DNA of 41,646 bases from a bacterium (GCA_030698465.1 JAUYJZ010000014.1:1-41646); one strand, 5' to 3'. Positions 28,010 through 37,703 are shown, numbered from the stretch's first letter. Notes: generated by a model not told the origin, from the letters alone. Numbers and translations are program-made.

Positions 28010-28029
28010 CGATGTCACGCCGCTTTTTT
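28001..28029 (+). terminator. Intrinsic terminator
   Basis: GCGGCGTGAC-GAT-GTCACGCCGC-TTTTTT. Confidence 0.75.
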
Positions 28030-28059
28030 CTTTTTCAAAATTCCTTTATAATACGGATT

Positions 28060-29511
28060 ATGAACTATATTCCCACCATTGGACTTGAGATTCATGCTGA
28101 GCTAAAAACCAAGAGCAAGATGTTCTGCTCTTCTCTCAACGACCCTTTAGAGCAACATCCCAATGTTAATGTCTGCCCTGTCTGCATGGGACATCCTGGA
28201 ACCCTGCCGGTTGCCAACAAGGCTGCTATAAAGAAAGTTCAGAAGGTTGGGCTGGCCTTAAACTGTACTCTTGCCCTGTTTTCCAAGTTTGACCGAAAGA
28301 ACTACTTTTACCCAGACCTTCCCAAAGGATATCAAATTTCTCAATACGATCTGCCTTTCTGCAAGGAAGGATATCTTGATATTGAGGGAAAACGTATCCA
28401 TATAACCAGGATTCATCTGGAAGAAGACACGGGAAGGCTTTTGCATCCCAAAGGTACTGATTATTCTTTGGTGGATTTCAATCGGGCCGGAGTCCCCTTG
28501 CTAGAGCTGGTCACAGAACCCGATATTACAACAGGGGAGGAGGCAAGAAAATTCGCACAGGAATTCCAGGTGCTCTTGCGCTATCTCGCAGCATCTGAAG
28601 CTAATATGGAGAAAGGACAGATGCGGGTAGAGGCAAACGTTTCTGTGAGACCTGAGGAGCAAGAAGAACTCGGAACTAAGGTAGAGGTTAAAAACCTCAA
28701 CTCGTTTCGCTCTGTAGAGCGAGCCATTGCCTTTGAGATTTCCAGGCAATCTCAAGTTCTAGAATCAGGACAAAAAGTTATCCAGGAAACCCGAGGTTGG
28801 GACGACACAAAAGAGCAAACATTTTCTCAGAGAGAAAAGGAAGAGGCACACGACTACCGGTATTTCCCGGAACCAGACCTTCCTCCCTTTCGCTTCACTA
28901 AGCAAGAGTTTGAAGAACTGAAAGCCGAGCTTCCTGAACTTCCTTGGCAAAGAAGAGAACGCTTCGTGCGTGAATACAGCCTTGGAATGAAAGAAACAGA
29001 GGTGTTTGTCCAGCAAAAAGACATGGGGGAATACTTTGAAAAGGTTGTTTCAGAGCTTGGTCCAGATTTGGCTCCAGAGAAACTACAAAAACTCACCAAA
29101 CTTTCTGCCAACTACATTCTCACGGATTTAATGGGGCTTTTAAAGGGGGCTTCGGTCAATGGAGAGGATTTTCTCATTACCCCAGAAAACTTTGCAGAAC
29201 TCGTTTTGTTAATTGAAAAAGAAGAGATATCAAGCGCCATTGCAAAACAAGTCTTAAAAGAAATGTTTGCCAGGGGAGGAGATCCCTCCCAGATTATTGA
29301 AGAGAGGGGATTGACCCAGATAATTGACGAAACTGCTATTCAAAAGATGGCAAAAGAGATTATTGAGACCAACCCTAAAGCGGTAGAGGACTACAAAAAA
29401 GGTAAGGGGAATGCCCTGCAGTTTTTGGTAGGCCAACTCATGGCTAAAACCAAAGGCACGATAAACCCTGAAACCGCCCGCAGCATATTAGAGAGCCTTC
29501 TGAAAACTTAA
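28060..29511 (+). CDS. gatB: Asp/Glu-tRNA amidotransferase subunit B
   Basis: IGLEIHAELKT..FDRKNYFYPDLPKGYQISQ..HLEEDTG..DYRYFPEPDL. Confidence 0.98.
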   Translation: MNYIPTIGLEIHAELKTKSKMFCSSLNDPLEQHPNVNVCPVCMGHPGTLPVANKAAIKKVQKVGLALNCTLALFSKFDRKNYFYPDLPKGYQISQYDLPFCKEGYLDIEGKRIHITRIHLEEDTGRLLHPKGTDYSLVDFNRAGVPLLELVTEPDITTGEEARKFAQEFQVLLRYLAASEANMEKGQMRVEANVSVRPEEQEELGTKVEVKNLNSFRSVERAIAFEISRQSQVLESGQKVIQETRGWDDTKEQTFSQREKEEAHDYRYFPEPDLPPFRFTKQEFEELKAELPELPWQRRERFVREYSLGMKETEVFVQQKDMGEYFEKVVSELGPDLAPEKLQKLTKLSANYILTDLMGLLKGASVNGEDFLITPENFAELVLLIEKEEISSAIAKQVLKEMFARGGDPSQIIEERGLTQIIDETAIQKMAKEIIETNPKAVEDYKKGKGNALQFLVGQLMAKTKGTINPETARSILESLLKT

Positions 29512-30381
29512 CCGAACTAAGTTTTCAGCTTCTCTTTGGTTCTTTACCCAGTGAATGCGTGGGTCTTTTTTAAACCAGGTCATTTGGCGACGGGCAAAAT
29601 CTTGAGTTGCTTTTAATGTCTTTTCAATCATTTCTTGCCTTGTAATCTTTTTTTGAAGATATTGGGAAACTTCTCGATATTCGAAACCAAAACTCTCAAT
29701 TCTTTTCCAGGACAATCCCTGCTTTCGGAGTTCCTTAATCTCGTTAAGGAAACCGTGCTTGAGCATTAGTAAAAAACGCTTTCTAATTTTCTGTTGAAGT
29801 ACTTGTGGCGATTTTTTGATGCCAATGAATAGTGATGGGTAGGGGAGTGAATCTTTTTGCAAGCTCGGCACGGGCTTTCCCGTAATCAGTATAATCTCTA
29901 AGGCGCGAATGAGACGTCTTTTGTTTTTTTGTTCTATAGTTCTTGCCCGATGCGGATCGAGCTCTTTGAGTTTTTTGTAGAGTTCATTAATACTCAATTT
30001 CCCCAACTCTTTTCTAAGTTTCGTTTGTGGCCTCACTTCAGGCATAATCCAGCCATCCACCACGGCATAAACATACAAAGGACTGCCACCTACAAGAAAG
30101 GGGAGTCTGCCTCTTTTATGAATTCCCAGGATTGCTTTTCGCGCTTCTTTTTGATACCGAGCTACCGTATATCTCTTTTTTGGAGAAGCAACGCTCAAAA
30201 GATGGTGCGGTATTCTTCGCATCTCTTTTCTTGTCACCTTTCCAGTTCCAATATCCAGGCCCCTGTATACTTGTCTAGAATCAGCAGAAACAATCTCACC
30301 AGAGAACCTCTTTGCGAGTTTTATAGCTAACTCACTTTTCCCCGATGCCGTAGGGCCTAAAATTACGATTAATTTTTTCAT
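29488..30381 (-). CDS. miaA: tRNA dimethylallyltransferase
   Basis: GPTASGKS..SADSRQVYRGLDIGTGK..RRLIRALE..RRQMTWF. Confidence 0.97.
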   Translation of the reverse strand: MKKLIVILGPTASGKSELAIKLAKRFSGEIVSADSRQVYRGLDIGTGKVTRKEMRRIPHHLLSVASPKKRYTVARYQKEARKAILGIHKRGRLPFLVGGSPLYVYAVVDGWIMPEVRPQTKLRKELGKLSINELYKKLKELDPHRARTIEQKNKRRLIRALEIILITGKPVPSLQKDSLPYPSLFIGIKKSPQVLQQKIRKRFLLMLKHGFLNEIKELRKQGLSWKRIESFGFEYREVSQYLQKKITRQEMIEKTLKATQDFARRQMTWFKKDPRIHWVKNQREAENLVRLSFQKAL

Positions 30382-30440
30382 AGATATAGCGAGATGCCAC
30401 TATACCAAAATAGCTCATATAAACAATGAAGGTCAAACGA

Positions 30441-30572
30441 GGTATGCCGCTCTCCGGGAAGCTTTCGGAGGCGGTTTGGCATGGTTCCCGCGAAAGCGGG
30501 ACAAACCGCCGAGAACGCAAGCCCCAAAATCTCGCTGGGATTTTGAGGGCTGATTCCCGAGAGTGGCATACC
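30441..30572 (+). ncRNA. Unidentified highly structured RNA candidate
   Basis: Closing stem GGTATGCCGCTCTC/GAGAGTGGCATACC, GAAA-capped arm, second arm; mismatches read as G-U on the + strand. Confidence 0.5.
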
Positions 30573-30577
30573 GAGTG

Positions 30578-32164
30578 CTAATGGACTTCCTCGCGCTTCT
30601 CACGGAGGAACGATCTCCACTGTTCCAGGAATTCAATGAACACCTGAAAAGGAATCTCAATTAAGAAGTTGAAAATAACAATGAGGATATTATACTTTGC
30701 AACCTGCCGCGAGAGCCATCTTCCTGTGTGGATAATGGGCAAAGAGAATAGGTCGAATATGGTATAGAGGAATCCCTGCTTTTCTTTCCCGATCAAGAGC
30801 TCTCTTCCCCGCTGCCTAATTTTTGTCCCGCCAAACGCTACCAAAGAGACAAAGAAGAGAAAAATAATGATGGAAAGCAGGCTGAAATCCAGTTTCCAGA
30901 GCCCCCAGGAAATCAAACCGAATGAAAAGAGAAAACTCAAGAGGTATAGGATGGAAATAAAGCCTTCAAGCAGGGGGCGCTTGCGCCGCGGCACTGGTAT
31001 CTCTAGCCGGTCCTCCCCCCTTTTTCCATATACTATCTTCATGACCTCCATCATGAGGCGCTGAAAGTTCTCTTCTGTTGTGGTTTTCGTACTCAAGACA
31101 AGCAGCAGCATGAGTAGAGGAGGGATTGTAACACTTAGGAAAAGAACTGTCTGGCTAAAATCCCCAGTCACATACTTATCTAGGGGAATTTCAATAGCAA
31201 AGGCAACCAATACCTTAGTGAGGAGAACGGAAATAGTACTGTAAAAGGCAGCCCTGCGCATTTTACCTCCGAGTTTTTGCAGGCGGGAGGCATAGTTCTC
31301 TTGCACTGCATTTTCCATGGCAGCAGGATCTGAGCTGAACTGTTCAAAATCCGTTGGATGAGCGCTAAGGATATCTCCGATAATCAAATACGAAGAATCA
31401 TACTTTTCCATAAGCTGGTAAAAGCGTTCACCAAAGGAGTGATGAATGACAACATACAGTTCGTTCTTTATCTTTGGAAGCTGCGAAGCCAATTGTTGAA
31501 GGGTTACAGATGCAGGTTCCCTCCAGTCCTGGTACTTTTGCTCCAGCAGATGATGGATGATGGTGGCCTCATCAAGCTTGAATAACGCTCGCTGTACGGC
31601 AACGGAGATTTGGAGATTCCTTTCTCCCTCTTCCATGTCGCCTCCATTCTGAAGCTGCACCCTTTCTTTCATGTCGTCTATCATGAATTGGATAAGGGCA
31701 CGCTCTCTAATGGGAGGGGCTAGAGTTTCTTCAATTTCAGAAGCCGCAACGCCAAGCAACCACATTCGCAATTCTGCCAGCATCTTTTCTGCTCCATCCT
31801 GGGGACTGTGCTCCAGCAAATAGAAGTATTTTTCAACGATTCTCTGGATTTCAGTTATCTTTGTGATTGGGATGCGCTCATTGGGGAAGTGACCACCTCG
31901 GACGAGTTCCTGCACAAAGGGTTCGGCGAAATCTTCTTTTGTCCCCAAAAGCATCCTGCGTTTCAAGATACGCTCAATAGCAGTCTTTCTGAGCAAATGC
32001 TCTTCCCGCCAATCCACAACACCCCGTATTTTCTCGTAGAAGGAGGCAACTTTGGCAGCAACCTCATCCACAGTAATTGTGGGGACCCCTTCTATGGGCT
32101 GCAGACTCTCATACCATCTCTTGTATTCCGCAGACAGCTTTTTTACATCAAGTGGCAGTTCCAT
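30578..32164 (-). CDS. Hypothetical membrane protein
   Basis: 528-aa ORF; FYEKIR..EEHLLRK.AIERILKRR N-terminus, several C-terminal TM helices. Confidence 0.75.
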   Translation of the reverse strand: MELPLDVKKLSAEYKRWYESLQPIEGVPTITVDEVAAKVASFYEKIRGVVDWREEHLLRKTAIERILKRRMLLGTKEDFAEPFVQELVRGGHFPNERIPITKITEIQRIVEKYFYLLEHSPQDGAEKMLAELRMWLLGVAASEIEETLAPPIRERALIQFMIDDMKERVQLQNGGDMEEGERNLQISVAVQRALFKLDEATIIHHLLEQKYQDWREPASVTLQQLASQLPKIKNELYVVIHHSFGERFYQLMEKYDSSYLIIGDILSAHPTDFEQFSSDPAAMENAVQENYASRLQKLGGKMRRAAFYSTISVLLTKVLVAFAIEIPLDKYVTGDFSQTVLFLSVTIPPLLMLLLVLSTKTTTEENFQRLMMEVMKIVYGKRGEDRLEIPVPRRKRPLLEGFISILYLLSFLFSFGLISWGLWKLDFSLLSIIIFLFFVSLVAFGGTKIRQRGRELLIGKEKQGFLYTIFDLFSLPIIHTGRWLSRQVAKYNILIVIFNFLIEIPFQVFIEFLEQWRSFLREKREEVH

Positions 32165-32168
32165 ATAA

Positions 32169-33929
32169 TTATGCTCCCTCCTCCAATTCTTTCTTCACGA
32201 GACTTGCAAACTCAGCCACACTCATTAACCCCAAATCTCCTTTGCCCCGTTTTCTCGGAGCTACCGCAGCTTTTGCCATTTCCTTTTCTCCCACAACCAA
32301 AAGATAAGGGATTTTCTGGGTTTCACCTTCTCGAATCTTTTTTCCCAACGTCTCATTCTCGTCTCGAATGACAATGCGCAGGGAAGGGGAGAGAAGACGC
32401 AGTTGTTCTACAACCTTCTTTGCATAGTCTGTGAATTTGTCTGAAACAGGAAGAATCCATGCCTGTTCTGGGGAAAGCCATAAAGGGAAGGCGCCTCCGA
32501 AATGCTCAATCAAGATACCAAGAAATCGCTCTGTGGAACCCAAAATGGCACGATGCAGCACAACGGGGCGCAGTTTTTTTCCTTTTTGGTCCACGTATTC
32601 AAGGGAAAATCGCTCCGGCAGATTCATATCCAGCTGCACAGTAGAAAGCTGCCATTCCCTATTCAAAACATCCTTGAAGATGAAATCGAGTTTGGGGCCG
32701 TAAAAGGCGGCTTCTCCAACGCCTGCTTTCTGCTTCCACCCGCGCTTTTTCACAAGCCGCGAGAGTATTTTTTCAGACTCCCTCCATATTTTTTCAGATC
32801 CAATGTATTTTGTTTTTGCTTTGGGATCCCGGGTGGAAATCCTGACCCAGAAATCCTTGAATCCAAATTTAAGATATGCGGCCTCAATCATATCAAACAT
32901 GAGGTTCAGCTCTTCTTCAATTTGATCTGGGCGCAAGAAAACATGGCAATCGTCCTGTGTCAAAGAACGAACTCGAGTAAGGCCAGAGAGCTCTCCTGAT
33001 TTCTCATAGCGATAATTGGTGGTTGTCGCGGTCCAGCGCAAGGGAAGTTCACGCCAGGAATGAGGAATGCCTTTATAGAGCATCATGAAATGGGGGCAAT
33101 TCATGGGTTTCAAATAATAGTCTGCCTCCCCCTTGAGCTTCATGGCAGGATACATGGCATCAAACTTATCTAAGTGACCAGATATGCGATACAACTCGCC
33201 CTTGGTGATATGCGGAATCCAAATGGGATGATACCCATTTTCCTCTTGAAGAGTTGTGATGTATTGCTCCACAATGCGGCGCAATAAGGCACCCTTGGGA
33301 TAGAACATGGGGAGTCCGGGCCCCACTTCATCTGCAATAGAAAAAAGTCCGAGTTCTTTTCCGAGTTTTCGGTGGTCGCGCTTTTTCGCCTCTTCCTGCT
33401 GCCAAAGATACTGCTCCAGCTCCTTTGTGGTCTGAAAAGCAGCTCCGTACACCCTTTTGAGCATTGGATTCTTTTCATCCCCTCGCCAGTAGGCTCCCGC
33501 CACATGGGTAAGCTTGAAAGCATCCAGGGGAAGTTCCCTGGTGTTTTTAATATGTCCTCCGCGGCATAGGTCCAAAAACACATCTCCGGTCCAGACCATG
33601 CCAACTTTTCCTACTTTCTTTTCCCGGGAAAGATCTTTGATAAGCTCAACCTTAAAGGGTTGCTTCTTTTTTTTAAAGTATGCTGCAGCTTTCAATACAG
33701 GCCAGAGTTCTTTTTTGAATGCGAGGTTTCTCATGGCAATTCCGCGCATTTCTTTTTCTAGTTTTGGCAGGTCTTTCTCTGAAATATCAATGTTTTTAAA
33801 ATCGTAATAGAAACCATTCTCGATAACCGGCCCAATCCCAAACTGCGCTTTTGGATAAAGCTTTTGTACTGCTGAGGCCAGCAGATGTGCAAAGGAGTGC
33901 CGTATATTGTCTAAAGATTCTTGCTTCAC
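32169..33929 (-). CDS. thrS: Threonyl-tRNA synthetase (probable GTG start at 33929)
   Basis: RHSFAHLL..GPVIENGFYYDF..RDHRKLG..KPMNCP..AAFYGPKLD..HRAILGS.ERF. Confidence 0.97.
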   Translation of the reverse strand: MKQESLDNIRHSFAHLLASAVQKLYPKAQFGIGPVIENGFYYDFKNIDISEKDLPKLEKEMRGIAMRNLAFKKELWPVLKAAAYFKKKKQPFKVELIKDLSREKKVGKVGMVWTGDVFLDLCRGGHIKNTRELPLDAFKLTHVAGAYWRGDEKNPMLKRVYGAAFQTTKELEQYLWQQEEAKKRDHRKLGKELGLFSIADEVGPGLPMFYPKGALLRRIVEQYITTLQEENGYHPIWIPHITKGELYRISGHLDKFDAMYPAMKLKGEADYYLKPMNCPHFMMLYKGIPHSWRELPLRWTATTTNYRYEKSGELSGLTRVRSLTQDDCHVFLRPDQIEEELNLMFDMIEAAYLKFGFKDFWVRISTRDPKAKTKYIGSEKIWRESEKILSRLVKKRGWKQKAGVGEAAFYGPKLDFIFKDVLNREWQLSTVQLDMNLPERFSLEYVDQKGKKLRPVVLHRAILGSTERFLGILIEHFGGAFPLWLSPEQAWILPVSDKFTDYAKKVVEQLRLLSPSLRIVIRDENETLGKKIREGETQKIPYLLVVGEKEMAKAAVAPRKRGKGDLGLMSVAEFASLVKKELEEGA

Positions 33930-34006
33930 CCCGCACAAAATTAAATTTATTATCGCCTTAACTTTCCCGTAAAAATTGCTATTGTTTTGCGCAATTTTGT
34001 GCGGGG
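33929..34006. mobile_element. MITE-like family-1 element with TTCA (TGAA on minus) target duplication between dnaE and thrS
   Basis: TTCA|CCCCGCACAAAATT ... AATTTTGTGCGGGG|TTCA. Confidence 0.8.
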
Positions 34007-34007
34007 T

Positions 34008-37000
34008 TCACGTTACCTCTTGAAACTCTTCAACTTCTTCTGCGACAAATTTCTTTATGCCTTGGTACTGATTTACCCTCCCCGCAACCAAGACAATCTT
34101 ATTCTCTTGAAATAGAGTGGGGTATTTTTCAATGACTGAAGGGAATACTACCACCTCTATCTTTGCGGTCAAATCCTCAAGGCCCAAAAAAAGCATGGGT
34201 TTTCCACTCTTGGTGATGATACGCTTGATAGAAGAGATAATGCCTCCAATACGGATTCGAGAGAAGGGCGCTCCTGCAGTTTGCCGCACTGGCTCCTGGT
34301 TCATGATTTTTGCAATAGAAAATGCTTTTTTCTCCAAAAGATTCTTTAAACTATCCAATGGATGAGAACTCACATAGAGACCTAAAAGCTCTTTTTCCCA
34401 CAAAAGTTTCTGGTTCTCATTTGTAGCTTCAGCGTCCTGTAAAGGGAGTTGTGGAGTAGATTGCTCCGCTTTTGCAAACAGAGATTGCTGGGCACCGTTT
34501 TGCACCTTAAAACTCTCTCGGGCAGCCTGCAAAAGGCGTTCCAAATTAAAGAGCAGCTTGTTTCGGTCAGCAAACACATCGAAAACTCCGGTTTTGATAA
34601 GACACTCCAGCGATTTTTTGTTTAGATTGGTGGAGCTAATACGGGAAATAAAGTCTTGCATGCTGTGATACGGGCCGGTTTTCTTTCGTTCTGTAATGAT
34701 GGCTTCCACAATACCTTCTCCCACATTTTTTATCGCTAAGAGTCCAAAGCGAATTTGATTTTTTTGAGGCACCACAGAAAAGTTGCTGAAACTCTCATTA
34801 ATATCCGGAGACAGAACCTCAATTCCCATCTTTTTTGCCTCTTCAATCAAAAAAGCAATGCGTTCTATATCGTTTCGTTCTGCGGTCAGAAGGGCGGACA
34901 TGAACTCCACAGGATAATGGGTCTTAAGCCAGGCGGTTTGATAGGCAATGGTAGCATATGCTGCAGAATGTGATTTATTGAACCCATATCTGGCAAAGGG
35001 TAAAACCCACTCCCAAATTTTATCGGCAATCCCTTTTTGAATTCCGTTATCAATCATACCTTTTACAAACTTCTCCTTTTGTTCCATTAAGAGTTCCATA
35101 ATCTTTTTCCCCACGGCTTTTCGAAGCACATCTGCTTGAGCTAAGGAAAACCCGGCCAGATCTTGCGCAATCTTCATGACCTGTTCTTGGTAAATGCAGA
35201 TTCCTTGGGTATTTTCCAGGATGGGCTTTAATTTTTCGTGAAGGTAAGAAATCTTCTTTCTCTTATGCTTTCTAGCAATGTATTCGGGAATAAGCTCCAT
35301 AGGACCTGGGCGATACAAGGCAATCATGGCAATGATATCTTCAAACTCCGTGGGCTTTAATTCTCTAAGATATCTTCGCATACCTTCTGACTCAACCTGA
35401 AATATTCCAATTGTGTTTGCATCCTGAAAGAGTTTATAGACCGCAGGGTCGTCTTGTGGGATTTGGTCAATGTCAACGTTTTTTCCATAAATGACATAGA
35501 TACGCTTTAGGGTATCCTCTATAACAGAAAGGTTTTTCAAGCCCAGAAAATCCATCTTCAAGAGCCCCAGGTCTTCAATGCTGTGCATTTCATACTGAGT
35601 CACGATGTTTTCATCGTTTTGCGTAGGATGCTGCAGGGGCACCATAGAGTTTAATGATTGGGCTGCAATCACCACCCCGCAAGCGTGCGTGGAAGCGTGC
35701 CTCGCCACTCCTTCCAGTTTTTGAGCAAGATCAATCAAGCGCTTCGCCTTTTCATCCGTGTCGTACAACTCTTTAAATTCTGCAACCTGCTCTAGGGTCT
35801 GCTGCAACGTATGGCTAAAGGGAATCATCTTTGCCACCCGGTCGCAATAGCTATATTCGTACCCTAGGGCGCGTCCCACATCTCGGATGACGGCTCTGGC
35901 AGCCATGGTTCCAAAGGTGATAATTTGGGCAACTCGGTCGTGACCATATTTTTCTGCAACATACTGAATAACCTCATCCCTCCGATAGTCGGCAAAATCC
36001 AAATCAATATCAGGAAGAGAAACCCTTTCTGGATTGAGGAATCGTTCAAAGAGCAGGTTGTACTGCAAAGGATTAATATTCGTGATTTTCAAAAGGTAAG
36101 CAACCAGAGATCCGCCCACCGAACCTCTTCCGGGTCCCACCACAATACGCTTTCCCTTTGCCCAGTTCACAAAATCTTGCACAATAAGAAAGTAAGGAGC
36201 AAACCCGGTTTGGCGAATCACACCCAACTCAAATTCTAGACGCTTTGCGGCTTCTGGGTTTTTTTGTAACTCAGGTCTCGCCTTGAGCCCTTCCAAACAG
36301 AGTTCTCGCAAATACTCATCTGCTTTCTTCCCATCTGGGAGGGGAAAGACCGGGAGACGGGTTACCCCGAGCTCCAGTTCAAAGTTACACGCTTTTGCAA
36401 TGAGTCCTGTATTTGTGACGCTTTCTGGAGCGTCCGAGAAAAGTTCTTCCATATCACGCTGACTCTTCAATGAAAAATCATCTGCGGTTAAAGTTAGGCG
36501 TTCTGGATCGTCAGGACGGGCACCGGTATTGATAAGCATTAAGATGTCTTGAGCTTCTGCATCCTCTGGTCGCAGATAATGGGAATCAGCAGTAGCCACC
36601 ACGGGAATACTCAATTTCTTTGAAAGCTCAAGTAGGCCTTGGTTCACGATTTTTTGCTCAGGGATATTGGGATGCTTTTGGAGTTCTAGATAGAAATTCT
36701 CTTTCCCGAAAATTTCCTGGTATCGCAAGGCCACTTCCTCTGCTTCCTGTTTCTTTTTTGCTCGAAGGAGTCTCGGGATTTTTCCATTCAAGCATCCTGA
36801 TAAAGCAATGAGACCTTCGGCATGCTCTTTCAAGAATGCTTCGTCCACCCGGGGTTTATAATAGAAGCCCTTGAGGTGCCCTGCAGTGAGAATCTTCACA
36901 AGATTTTTATATCCTTCCTGGTTTTTCACCAGAACAACCATATGATAAATAGTATCATCAATCTTAGGCCGCTTTTGATCCATTGATTCAAAAGCAAGGT

Positions 37001-37208
37001 AGATTTCAGATCCCAAGATGGGCTTGATACCCTTCTCTTTAGCCTTCTTGTAGAACTCTACGGCACCATATAAGTTTCCGTGGTCGGTAAGAGCAATAGA
37101 ATCCATGCCAAGCTCCTTTACCCTATCTAAAAGCTGGTCTATTTTGGGCAGACCGTCTAATAATGAGTAGTGTGAGTGCGTATGTAAATGGGTAAATTGC
37201 TGACTCAT
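34008..37208 (-). CDS. dnaE: DNA polymerase III alpha subunit
   Basis: HLHTHSHYSLLDG (PHP), GPGRGS, PDIDLDF, LLKMDFLGL, YGFNKSH. Confidence 0.98.
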   Translation of the reverse strand: MSQQFTHLHTHSHYSLLDGLPKIDQLLDRVKELGMDSIALTDHGNLYGAVEFYKKAKEKGIKPILGSEIYLAFESMDQKRPKIDDTIYHMVVLVKNQEGYKNLVKILTAGHLKGFYYKPRVDEAFLKEHAEGLIALSGCLNGKIPRLLRAKKKQEAEEVALRYQEIFGKENFYLELQKHPNIPEQKIVNQGLLELSKKLSIPVVATADSHYLRPEDAEAQDILMLINTGARPDDPERLTLTADDFSLKSQRDMEELFSDAPESVTNTGLIAKACNFELELGVTRLPVFPLPDGKKADEYLRELCLEGLKARPELQKNPEAAKRLEFELGVIRQTGFAPYFLIVQDFVNWAKGKRIVVGPGRGSVGGSLVAYLLKITNINPLQYNLLFERFLNPERVSLPDIDLDFADYRRDEVIQYVAEKYGHDRVAQIITFGTMAARAVIRDVGRALGYEYSYCDRVAKMIPFSHTLQQTLEQVAEFKELYDTDEKAKRLIDLAQKLEGVARHASTHACGVVIAAQSLNSMVPLQHPTQNDENIVTQYEMHSIEDLGLLKMDFLGLKNLSVIEDTLKRIYVIYGKNVDIDQIPQDDPAVYKLFQDANTIGIFQVESEGMRRYLRELKPTEFEDIIAMIALYRPGPMELIPEYIARKHKRKKISYLHEKLKPILENTQGICIYQEQVMKIAQDLAGFSLAQADVLRKAVGKKIMELLMEQKEKFVKGMIDNGIQKGIADKIWEWVLPFARYGFNKSHSAAYATIAYQTAWLKTHYPVEFMSALLTAERNDIERIAFLIEEAKKMGIEVLSPDINESFSNFSVVPQKNQIRFGLLAIKNVGEGIVEAIITERKKTGPYHSMQDFISRISSTNLNKKSLECLIKTGVFDVFADRNKLLFNLERLLQAARESFKVQNGAQQSLFAKAEQSTPQLPLQDAEATNENQKLLWEKELLGLYVSSHPLDSLKNLLEKKAFSIAKIMNQEPVRQTAGAPFSRIRIGGIISSIKRIITKSGKPMLFLGLEDLTAKIEVVVFPSVIEKYPTLFQENKIVLVAGRVNQYQGIKKFVAEEVEEFQEVT

Positions 37209-37227
37209 ATTGATGAATGCACGCCTG

Positions 37228-37259
37228 CCCCGTACCGAACCGAGGGTTCTGGTGCGGGG
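37228..37259. repeat. Short CCCCG...CGGGG hairpin
   Basis: CCCCGTACC-GAACC-GAG-GGTTC-TGGTGCGGGG. Confidence 0.5.
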
Positions 37260-37273
37260 TGGAGATGCGTGAA

Positions 37274-37562
37274 CCCCCCACCACTTTTACGTGAGTTCAA
37301 TGGAGTTGCTAATTCGTTTTTTGAGCTCTGCATAGGAATTTTTGAATTGCTTCAATTTTGATTCTCTCGTGCGCGCGTCTTTCTCTGATTGATAAGCTTC
37401 ATAGTAGACCAACACAAGAGGAGTTCGATATTTTGTAGATTTGTTGAGACTTTGATTATGCTCGTTAAGACGTTTTCGGAGGTCATTGGTTGATCCTATA
37501 TACAACCTACCATCTTTCTTACTTTTCAATACATAAACATAAAACATGAAAGTGGTGGGGGG
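37274..37562 (-). mobile_element. 289-bp GIY-YIG-encoding IS-like element, 14-bp TIRs, TGAA target duplication
   Basis: TGAA|CCCCCCACCACTTT ... AAAGTGGTGGGGGG|TGAA enclosing exactly one ORF. Confidence 0.8.
37287..37547 (-). CDS. Small GIY-YIG nuclease
   Basis: MFYVYVLKS..LYIGSTNDLRKRLNEHN..TKYRTP..LVYYEAY..A..RE..LK. Confidence 0.95.
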   Translation of the reverse strand: MFYVYVLKSKKDGRLYIGSTNDLRKRLNEHNQSLNKSTKYRTPLVLVYYEAYQSEKDARTRESKLKQFKNSYAELKKRISNSIELT

Positions 37563-37583
37563 TGAATTTTCCCATGAAAGCGT

Positions 37584-37681
37584 AAAATTTGTAGGACAAA
37601 TTTTCAGTTTCCCCCGTGTCGGAAAAATCTTAAAAACCGAAGGTTTGTAAAAGAAGGGGGGTCGGGGGAGACTGTGTGACC
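37584..37681 (+). repeat. Palindromic dispersed repeat, family 2, copy 2
   Basis: AAAATTTGT-AGG-ACAAATTTT-CAGTTTCCCCCGTGTCGG..AAACC-GAA-GGTTT..GGGGTCGGGGGAGACTG-TGTGACC. Confidence 0.85.
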
Positions 37682-37703
37682 GTTTTCATTGTATAATATT
37701 CCT

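Noticed and set aside
30441..30572. SRP RNA, RNase P RNA or tmRNA
   Set aside because: Diagnostic motifs were not seen on either strand and it is too short for RNase P or tmRNA; kept as unassigned
30378..30660. Short ORFs across the structured region
   Set aside because: No motifs; GC-rich paired sequence explains the lack of stop codons
33930..33938. TTG start (MCG) of thrS in the ORF track
   Set aside because: Lies inside the element's inverted repeat; GTG at 33929 matches the reconstructed pre-insertion start
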